Positions 1 through 10,100 of a stretch of DNA of 64,000 nt are shown here, piece by piece. The position numbers and the translations under genes are program-made. The stretch is from assembly GCA_012103325.1 (NCBI GenBank), contig WLWY01000014.1, forward strand, positions 21,218-85,217, given 5' to 3'. The DNA comes from Alphaproteobacteria bacterium (GTDB lineage Bacteria > Pseudomonadota > Alphaproteobacteria > UBA8366 > GCA-2717185). A model generated the notes under the pieces. That model had not been told where the DNA came from and ran no database searches. It saw nothing but the letters and a program-made list of their open reading frames with translations. Each line of letters starts with the position of its first letter. The stretch's first letter is position 1.

Positions 1-126
1 ACAGGGCATCAATCCTGATCCGGTCGATTCTAATAGATAGAGCAAACAAACAGGGTAATCGAGAAGCGCCAAAAGCCGAACCGCTTCCAATTTGAACGCT
101 TTACTGTAATGACGTCGCTCATTCAT
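1..126 (-). mobile_element. possible 5' end of an IS3-family transposase OrfA running off the left edge (weak)
   Basis: Own translation of the minus strand from ATG 126-124 gives MNERRHYSKAFKLEAVRLL..., like the RRxYSxEFKxEAV start of IS3-family OrfA. The resemblance fades after ~19 aa and only 42 codons lie in the window. Confidence 0.25.
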
Positions 127-275
127 GCGGCACCTCTCCATGGGAAATTGTCCCCGTTCTAAGGTGTCCGTCAAACCCGGGTTAGCTCACTTCTGCCTTC
201 ATAGACTTGAAATATAGCGGTTCGGGCTGAGCTGACGGTGAACCCGGCATTCAATTCCACCCAATTTCAGTGACA

Positions 276-299
276 CCAATTACGGTGCCAATTACGGTG
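276..299. repeat. 12-bp tandem direct repeat CCAATTACGGTG x2
   Basis: Two perfect adjacent copies read directly, in the non-coding stretch beyond the 3' end of the TPR-like gene. Confidence 0.8.
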
Positions 300-364
300 A
301 TAGTGCATTTAATTGGCAGGGATGGAGCCAGTCACGATGCAAAAGCGCACCACCAGCCCTTTGC

Positions 365-1150
365 CTATTCGGAATTCAGTTCTTCTTCAGGCTGCTCGCT
401 TATTTGCGGCCTTGGCGGCGGGGGCGATCTCAATACCTTATCGAGGTCATCCAGATAAGCTTGCGGCGCGCCCGGAATTTTCGCTGCAACATCCTTAGCC
501 AGCTTGAGGGACAGTATTGCCTCATTTTTCCGTCCGACCCTTTGGGCGATACCGGCGTGGACATAAAGCCCATGGGCGAATTCGAGCAGGATCGAATTGA
601 CGCGTTCCTTCGCATTTTCATCCTGAAAACGATCGGTGGCGACTTCCGTCTTGAGCAGCACGCTGTATCGCTTGTTCGCCGCGAGGACCAAACGCCGCGC
701 GCGGTCGAACTCGTCTCGATTGGACATGTCCATCGCGCGATAGATCAGGTAACGCGGAATAGCAAAGGGCGAGGCTGAACGCTGCGCCAAATTGTTTGCC
801 GCGCCAAAAATTCTGTCCGCATCCTCGAAACGGCCCTGATTGCTTATTTCCAGGCCCAACCGGATCACCGCGTTGCCACATACCGATGCATTCTCTCCAT
901 AGTGCGACTGGCAAAGGATCACGGCACGCCGATAGGCCGCCTCCGCGCTTTGGAAGTCGCCCGTCGCGTTGAATCGGGCGCCGTCCTTGATAAGGCGCTG
1001 ATACTCGGACATCGTTTCTTGCGTAGACCTCGGCAGATCGGTCCGCCCGGTTTGCGCATTTGACGGCTCTATTCCCATAACTGCCACAACGGACGCGGCA
1101 ATAACGGGAATGATCCAGCAGCGGCGGCGTAATCTCAGTGCGAAATTCAT
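365..1150 (-). CDS. secreted TPR-like repeat protein, directly abutting the giant exoprotein gene
   Basis: 261-aa ORF. N-terminus MNFALRLRRRCWIIPVIAASVVAVMG...NAQ looks like a Sec signal peptide. Helical-repeat segments such as GDFQSAEAAYRRAVILCQ and GRFEDADRIFGAANNLAQ are TPR-like. Pro-rich, acidic C-terminus. Its ATG (1150-1148) follows the tpsA TAG (1153-1151) with no gap. Confidence 0.7.
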   Translation of the reverse strand: MNFALRLRRRCWIIPVIAASVVAVMGIEPSNAQTGRTDLPRSTQETMSEYQRLIKDGARFNATGDFQSAEAAYRRAVILCQSHYGENASVCGNAVIRLGLEISNQGRFEDADRIFGAANNLAQRSASPFAIPRYLIYRAMDMSNRDEFDRARRLVLAANKRYSVLLKTEVATDRFQDENAKERVNSILLEFAHGLYVHAGIAQRVGRKNEAILSLKLAKDVAAKIPGAPQAYLDDLDKVLRSPPPPRPQISEQPEEELNSE

Positions 1151-4100
1151 CTAATCGTCTTCCGCCTGAAACCGGGAAAAGCTCGGAGTGGAGATACCCG
1201 TTGTGTCAGGCGCCGTCCCATCCGCGAGAATTCCCTGAATGCCGCGCTGATAGTAAAGCAGCCCGGGGATGACGACGGTGGGTTTCCCTCTGAACACATC
1301 TCCCGGAGCAGAGTTTGTGGCAATCCGGTCGTAACGGCTCAAGATTTCGCGCACGTCGCCCTCATTCACGATCAATTCGTCGTCCGACCTTGGCGCGCGC
1401 CGGTTGGGGCTATCTTCGTTGAGATTTCTCTCCTGATTGATCTTGATTTTTATATCGTCTCCTGACGACTCGAGCGCTGCGAGCAACAAGTCGTCCCCGC
1501 GCCTGATCGGTACCTCGCGATTTTCCTGCCGCAGGGCGATCTCCTCCCCACCCCCGAACGGGAAGCGAGGTCCAACGCGGGGGCCTTCGATCAAGATTCT
1601 GCCGAGTCCGCGGCCAAGCCGGTTTCCGATGGCACCCGTTTCGATGCGGATGGTGTCCAATTGACCGCCATCGACCCCGGAGGAACCCGGAGGCGGGGGC
1701 GGTGCCGGGCAAAAGCTCTTAAGGCACCCGTTCACCCGATGTGTCGGCGCGTCAGGCATAATGGTGGCGGTCGCAGCGGCCGGTCCGGCAAAGCCACCTA
1801 CAGTCGTGTTAAACAGGTTTGCGGTCGGTCCGTTCAAGGTCAACGACGCCACGGTGAGCCCCGACCCCGAGACGGCGCCATTCAACGTCGTTACGCCGGC
1901 GTTGACGCTTGTACCCGTATTGACGGCCGTTCCGGTGACATCGAGGGTCCCGGAGATATTCGATACGCCAAGGGTGATCGCGTTGATATCGACGAGTGTC
2001 GTGTTACCCGCTCGCGCGATAGCCACGCTGCCAAAGTTGTTGCCGGCAACATCCAGTGTAATGGCATTGACCGTAGCGCCGGCATCGAGAACCGTCGCCC
2101 CGGTCACGCGCGTCGCCGCGCTGTCCGTAATGACCCCCGCCGTTGTCAGATTGAAGGCTCCGGCTCTCACGCCGTTCACACCGCCGACTGCACCGATATC
2201 GATGCCATCGGCGTCGGTAAAGGTAGCATTCCGTCCGGGTGCATCGATGGCAAGGGTATCGACATCGGTGCTCGCATCGGTGACGTTGATCGGGGCACCG
2301 GCGGTGATCGCCAGGCCGGTCTCGATAATCCCGCCCGCCGTCGCTGTCACGCCAGCCCCCGTGACCAAGTGCAGAGCGGTGCCGCCGGGCGTGACATCTG
2401 CCGAGACGGTAATCGCACCTGCTGTGCCACTACCGATCCGCAGAAGCCCGGCATTGATCGACTGAAGCTCCGCGTCCGCTAGCTCCACCGTGTTTCCGGC
2501 GGCGTCCGCCCCGGATCCAAGATCGATCGCGGCACCGTTGGAGGCAACCAACGTCGTTGTTGCCGCGCCGCTATCCAACGTTCCCGTCAGCACCATCTTG
2601 TTGGCGGTGACCGTAAGCGGGTTGCCCGTCGTCGCGAGAGTCCTGGTCGCGGCCACCGTGAACGTGCCGCTGCCGTTGTTGTCCGAGTCCGCGTCGATCG
2701 TGGTTACACCGTTCGTGCCGATATTGTCGTTAATCGTCACGCCATTCGCCGCCGTCACGTCCAGAGTTCCGGCGATGGTTGATGCGGCAAGTGTTAGGGC
2801 ATTGGCGTCTCTGAGAGCGATGTTGCGGCCGGAGGCAATGCCGATGGCAGCAAAATCGTTGCCGGCATTGTCGAGCGTGATGTCGTTGCCTGCGCCCGCC
2901 GTCACGGTCGTCGTTCCCGTCACCGCCAGCGCACCGCTCTGGGTCACCGTACCCGCCGCCGTCACACCCAGGGTCCCTGAAACCGTCGACGCCCCCAGCA
3001 CCAGCGCGTTGGCATCCCGCAAGCTCACATTCCGGCCCGTGGTGATTGCGATCGTCCCGAAGTCATTGCCAACGTTATTAAGCGTAATGTCGTTGCCCGC
3101 ACCTGCCGCCAGGGTCGTAACTCCCGTCACATCCAGCGCGCCCGACTGCGTCACCGTGCCCGCCGCCGTCACGTTCAGCGTTCCCGATACGGTGGACGCC
3201 CCCAGGGCAATCCCATTCGCATCAAGCAAGATCACATTGCGGCCCGAGGCGATGGCAACCGTACCGAAATCGTTGCCCGCGATGTCGAACGTAATGTCGT
3301 TGCCCGCGCCCGCGGTTACCGTCGTGACGCCAGTCACGGCCAACGCGCTGGTGTCCGTCACAGCACCGCCTGTGTTGAGATTGAAGGTCCCCGCCGTGAC
3401 ACCCACGACACTGTCCACGGTGCCGATATCCAACCCGTCCGTATCGGTGAAGGTGACGGTCTGTCCCGCAGCGGCAACGGCCAGCGTATCGGCATCCGTG
3501 CTCGTGTCGGTGATGTTAATCGTTCCCCCGGCGGAGATCGCCAGGTTGGTCTCGACGATGCCGCCCGCCGTGCCGGTAACGCCCGAACCCGTTCTCAGGT
3601 GCAGCGTGTCCGTATTCGCCGGTGTGACGTCCGCGCTGACCGTAATACCGCCCGCGCCAGCAGCGCCGATAGTGATGCTGTCTGCTGTGACGTTGTCGAT
3701 TTCAGCGCCGGTCAGTTCCAGCGTGTTGATCACATTATCACCGCCGCCTGCGGCGTCACCCAGATCGATGGCGTCGCCCGCCGTCGAAGATTTCAGCGTC
3801 ACCAGCTGACCCGTCGCCGTGATCGTACCGGCGATATTCAGGTCGTCCGCCGTGTAGCTATGCGCACCGCCGGTCGAGGCGACATCCGCCCCCGCCGCAA
3901 TCGCGATGCTCGCATCGTTCGCCGCCGCCGCGAGGGTGATCGTCGTCGTCGCAGCGATATCGTTGGCCGCCGCGGTGTTCGACACGTCGATGTTGCCCGT
4001 CGTCGCGGTCAGGGCGACGGCTCCGGCGTCGGTGTCGACGCCAACAACACTATCCACCGTGCCAACCGTGAAACCGTCCGCGTCGGTGTAGTCGATATCG

Positions 4101-7100
4101 CCCGTCGTTGTCTTGATCGCCAGGGTCGTGGCGTTCTGCTGCGCATCGCTGAACGTCACCGCACCAGCCGCCGTCACCGCCAGATTGGTTTCGATAATCC
4201 CGCCCGCCGTCGCCGTCACCGAGGAACCGGTGACTAGTTGAACCGTCGTCACCCCGCCGCCCGCACCGCTGCCCGGCGTTACATCGGCCGTGACCGTGAC
4301 CGCACCCACCGTGCCGCTGCCGACCACCAGCGTATCCGCGGTGATCGCTTGCAGCTCCGCATTCGTCAGTTCCAGCGTATCGATCACATTGTCGCCGCCG
4401 CCCGCCGCATCGCCCAGATCGATGGCATCGCCCGCCGTCGCGGACTTCAGCGTCACCATCTGTCCTGTCGCCGTGATCGTGCCGGCGATACTCAGATCGT
4501 CCGCCGTGTAGCTATGCGCGCCGCCACCCGACTCAATGTCGGCACCGGCGAAAATCAAGATGAGGCCATTGTCCGCCGCCGCCGTCAGCGCAATCGTCGT
4601 CGTCGCGGCGATATCGTCCGCCGCCGTCGTGTTCAATACGGTGATGCTGCCCGTCGTCGCGGTCAGGTCAACCGAACCGAAATCGGTGTCGACGCCCCTC
4701 ACACCGTCGACCGTGCTGACCGTAAAGCTGTCCGCGTCGGTATAGGCGACATCACCGGTCGTGGTTTTGATCGCCAGGATCGTAACGTCCTGCTGCGCAT
4801 CGCTGAACGTCACCGCACCAGCGGCCGAAACCGCCAGGTTCGTTTCGATCACGCCGCCCGCCGTGGCCGTTACCGCAGAGCCGCTCGCCAAATGCAGCGT
4901 ATCCGTATTCGCCGGCGTGACGTCCGTCGATACGACAAGCGCACCCGATGCCCCGCTGCCGACCACGATCGTGCCGGCCGTGATCCGGTCCAGATCGGTA
5001 TTCGTCACTTCAAAGACATTGGCCCGGGCGGTATCGCTACCCAAATCGATCGCGTCCGCGTCGTTGACCGTTTCCGGCGCCAACGTCACGGTCCGGGTTG
5101 CGTTGGTGATGGTACCAACGATATCAATATCGTCTGCCGTCAGCGTAATCGTGCCACTGGTCGACTCGACATCCGCACCGCCGGCAATTGTAATCAGCGC
5201 TTCATTCGCCGCCGCGGTGAGAGCGATCGCAGTCGCGGCCTCGATATCATTCGCCGCCGCCGTATCGGACACCGAAAGGGTTCCCGCGTTTGCGGTTAAT
5301 GAAACCGCACCGGTATCGCTGTCCACGCCAACGACGCTACCCACGGTCCCGACCGTAAAGCCGTCCGCGTCGGTGTAGGCGATATCGCCCGCCGTCGTTT
5401 TGATCGCCAGGGTCGTGACATTCTGCTGCGCATCGCTGAACGTCACCGCACCGCCTGCGGTCACCGATAGGTTGGTTTCGACAATCGCCCCCGCCGTGGC
5501 CGTCACCGTCGAGCCGGTCGTCAGGTGCAGCGTATCGCCATTCGGCGTTACGTCGGCGCTCACCGTGACCGCTCCTGCCGTACCGCTGCCGATCACCAGC
5601 GTATCCGCTGTGACGGCCTGCAGCTCCGTATTCGTCAGTTCCAGCGTATCGGCCACGTTATCGCCGCCGCCCGCCGCATCACCCAGATCGATGGCATCTC
5701 CCGCCGTGAAGGATTTCAGCGTTACCAGTTGATTCGTTGCCGTAATCGTACCGGCGATATCGAGATCATCAGCCGTATAGCTGTGCGCGCCGCCCGCCGA
5801 GGCGATGTTCGCCCCTGCTGCAAGGGCTATGCTGGCATTGTCCGCCGCCGCCGCGAGGGTAATCGTCGTCGTCGCGGCGATGTCACTTGCCGCCGTCGTA
5901 TTTGACACGGCGATATTGCCCGTCGTCGCCGTCAACGAAATCCCGCCCGCATCCGTATCGACACCATCCACACCGTCCACTGTGCCGACCGTGAAGCCGT
6001 CCGCGTCGGTGTAGGCGATGTCGCCGGTTGTCGTCTTGATCGCCAGGTTGGTGACGTTCTGCTGCGCATCGCTGAACGTCACGGCGCCATCCGCCGACAC
6101 GGCGAGGTTTGCCACCACGATACCGCCCGCCGTCGCCGTGACCGTCGACCCCGTGGTCAGGTGCAATAAGTTCCCACCCGGCGTTACATCGGCGCTCACC
6201 GTAATTGCGCCCGTCGTCGCATCGCCGACGATCAGGCTGCCGGAGGTTATGTTGCCCAGCTCCGCCACGCTGAGGTTCAAGCCGCCACCCGCACCGCCGA
6301 GATCGATCGCGCCACCGTCCGACGCGAGGAGCGTTGTGACCGCCGCACCGCTGTTCACCGTGCCTGTAAGCGCCATGTCATTCGCGGTGATCGTCAGCGC
6401 GTTGCCACCGGTGATCAGCGCCTTGGTCGCAGCAACCGTAAAGTCACCTGCGCCGTTGTTATCCGTATCCGCATCGATAGTCGTCACGCCAGCCGTGGTG
6501 ACGTTCATGTTGAACGTGACACCGGCTTGAGCATTCAGTGTCAGCGCCTTGAAGCTTGAATCGTTGGTCGAAAAATCGATTGCCGCGCCTGCACCGCCGG
6601 CGTCGAGCGTGACCGTTCCGTTGATGTTGGCGAGGTCCACACCGGAAACGACGTTGTCGACGGTAATACTACCCGAGTTGGAGCCCCCAATCGTGAGGCC
6701 GTTTGCCGTAATCCGCTGCAATTCGGCATTGCTGATCGTGGCGTCGCGCGCGGTTGCGCCGACACCGATGGTGCGGCCGTTTGTAACGGTAAGCGTCGTG
6801 AGTGCCGTGCCGCTATTCAGCGATCCATCGATCGCGAAGTCGGCAGCGATGATGGTCAGCAATTCGTTCCCGGTATTCACCGTCCTTGTCGCAGCAATCG
6901 TGAATGTGCCAAGGCCGTCCGCATCGTTATCCGCGTTGAGCAGCAGCGGCACGGTGACATTGAAGTCGTCGGCAAAGGTGAGACCGTCGGCCGAGGATAT
7001 CTCCAGCGCCGTGCCCGGGGCAAGGACGACACCGCCGCCGATCACAACCGCATCGATCGCATCCGGCGCGCCGTCCGTATCCGCCAGCAGTCCGATCCCG

Positions 7101-10100
7101 CCGACAGTGGAGGTAAGGTTGGCGTCCACGAGAACCCCATCGTCGGCACGGGCTGAGACGGCCCGGAAGGACGAGGCATTGTTGGCAAAGGTTACATCCG
7201 CGCCCGCGTTATCACCGGCGTCGAACGTTACGGTGGTGGCGATATTGGCCGTAACGGCAGCCGTCAGATTATCGACTATGATGCTTCCGGACGCGGCCCC
7301 GCCGAGCGTCAGGTTGTTTGCCGTGATACGCTGAAATTCGACGGCGGTGATCGTCGCATCGCCGGCGGTATCGCCTACCCCGAGAGTACCGCTGTCGGAA
7401 ACGAGCAGCGATGTATCAGTGGTACTGCTGTTCAGCGTGCCGTTCAGTACAAAATCGTTTGCCGTGACGGTGAGCGTGTTGCTCCCGGTGCTCAGCGTCC
7501 TGCCGCCAGCAATTGTAAAGTCGCCGACGCCATTATTGTCCGCATCGGCATCGAAGATCGTCGTGCCCGACGTCGTCACGCTTTGATTCAACGCGATGCC
7601 GGCATTGGCGTTTGCCGTCAGGGCACCGAACGAGGAAGCTCCGGTCGCGAACGTGACGGTTTGACCCGCCTTGGTCGCGTTCAGGGTCAGAGCGCCGGAT
7701 ATGTTCGCCGAATTCGCCACCGATATACCGTTCACGGTGATCGAATCATTGGTCGCGTCGCCGATGATGAGCCCGTTCGCCGTAATATTCTGCAACTCGG
7801 CGCCAGACAGCGTGAACGCGCCAGCCGTCGCACCCACACCGATGGTACCGCCGTCGGAGACCAGAAGCGTGGTCGCCGCGGCTCCGCTGGTCAAGGTGCC
7901 GCTGATCGCGACGTCGTTGGCCGTAATCGAAAGCGTATTGCCCGCCGTCGTCACCGACTTGCCGCCCGCAACGGTGAAGTCGCCCGTGCCGTCATTGTTC
8001 GTATCGGTGTCGATTGCAACGGCGCCCGTCGCCACGATGTTTTCGTTAACGGCAAGACCGGCGACCGTATTGACCGTCACACCGGCGGCGGCGACACCCG
8101 TAACGCCGGCGACGGTGCTAATATCAAGGCCGTCGGCGTCGGTGAAGGTAACGGTCTGCCCCGCGGCGCTGACGGCGAACGTATCGACATCAGTGTTCAC
8201 GTCGGTCACGTTGACGGTTCCGCCGGCAGTAATCGCCAGGTCGGTTTCGATGATCCCGCCCGCCGTCGCCGTGACGGTCGATCCGGTCACCAGATGCAAA
8301 GCGGTGCCGCCCGGGGTTACATCCGCCGAGACGGTGACGGCCCCGGCCGTGCCATTACCGATCTGCAGCAGCGCGGCGCTGATCGACTGAAGCTCCGCGT
8401 TGGAGAGTTCGATTGTGTTCCCGGCGGCATCCGAGACCGAGCCGAGATTGACCGCCGCGCTATTCGAGGCGATCAACGTCGTGTCCGCCGTGCCACTGTC
8501 AAGCGACCCGGTCAGCACAAACTTGTTGGCCGTGATCGTGAGGGCCTGGTTGGTGGTCGCAAGCGTCTTGGTTGCGGCGACCGTGAAGGTGCCGCTGCCG
8601 TTGTCGTCCGAGTCGGCGTTTACGGTCGTCGTGCCGTTCGTGGTGACGTCGTCGCTGATGGTGATACCGTTGGTTGCCGTCGCATCCAGCGTTCCGGCAA
8701 TACTCGACACGCCAAGCGCGAGGGCGTTGGTGTCGGCCAGGGCAACGTTGCGGCCGGAGGTTACGATAACGGTCGCAAAGTCGTTGGCCGCATTATTGAG
8801 CGTGATGTCGTTGCCGGCACCGGCGGCAATCGTCGTTGTCCCGTTGGTTCCCAGCGCACCCGATTGGGTCACCGTGCCGGCCGTCGTCACGTCCAACGTT
8901 CCCGATATCGTCGAGGTGCCGAGGATCAGTGCGTTCGCGTCCCGCAGCGCGACATTGCGACCGGTGGTGATGGCGACCGTCGCGAAGTCGTTAGCGGCGT
9001 TATTCAAGGTGATATCATTGCCCGCGCCCGCGGCAATCGTCGCGATTCCCGTAATGTCCAACGCGGCCGATTGGGTCACGGTGCCCGCCGCCGTCACGCC
9101 CAGGGTTCCCGCGACCGTGGAGGCACCAAGTACGATCGCGTTTGCATCGCGCAGGTCGACATTGCGGCCCGAGGCGATGGCGACGGTAGAGAAGTCGTTG
9201 GCGGCGTTGTTCAGCGTGATGTCGTTGCCGGCACCCGCCGTGACCGTCGTCGTGCCCGTCACCGCCAATGCGCCGCTCTGCGTCACCGTGCCCGCCGCCG
9301 TCACATCCAGCGTTCCCGAGACCGTCGAGGCGCCCAGCGCCAACGCGTTTGCATCCCGCAAGGTCACGTTGCGGCCCGTGGTGATGGCGATCGTCCCAAA
9401 GTCATTGCCGGCGTTACCGAGCGTGATGTCGTTGCCGGCACCCGCCGCCAGGGTCGTCGTGCCCGTCACATCCAGCGCGCCGGACTGCGTCACCGTGCCT
9501 GCCGCCGTCAGGTTCAACGTCCCCGAGACCGTCGACGGTCCCAGGGCGATCGCATTCGTATCCCGCAAGATCACATTACGGCCCGAGGCGATGGCGACCG
9601 TGCCGAAATCGTTGCCCGCGATGTCGAACGTAACGTCGTTGCCAGCACCCACCGTCACCGTCGTGACGCCAGTCACGGCCAGCGCGCTGGTGTCTGTAAC
9701 CGCACCGCCGGCATTGAGATTGAAGGTTGTCGCCGTAACGCCCACGACACTGTCCACCGTGCCGATATCGAGCCCGTCCGTATCGGTGAAGGTGACGATC
9801 TGACCCGCGGCAGCAATTGCCAACGTATCGACATCCGTGCTCGTATCGGTGAGGTTCACCGTGCCCCCGGCACTGATCGCGAGATCGGTCTCAACGATCC
9901 CGCCCGCCGTTCCGGTAACGCTCGAGCCGGTTCTCAGGTGCAGTGTGGTGACATTCGCCGGGGTGATATCGGCGCTAATCGTAATCGCGCCGGCCCCGGA
10001 CGCGCCGATTTCAAGCGTGCCGGCGGTGATGGAGTTCAGGTCGGCGGCGGTCAGCTCCAATTCGTTGGCCGTACCGTTATCGGTTCCAATATCGATCGAA

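Noticed and set aside
365-1730. Canonical contact-dependent inhibition (CdiA-CT toxin plus CdiI immunity) arrangement
   Set aside because: No VENN or pretoxin demarcation motif was seen in the TpsA C-terminus. The downstream protein has a signal peptide and TPR-like repeats rather than being a small cytoplasmic immunity protein. It is kept only as an open question in the findings.
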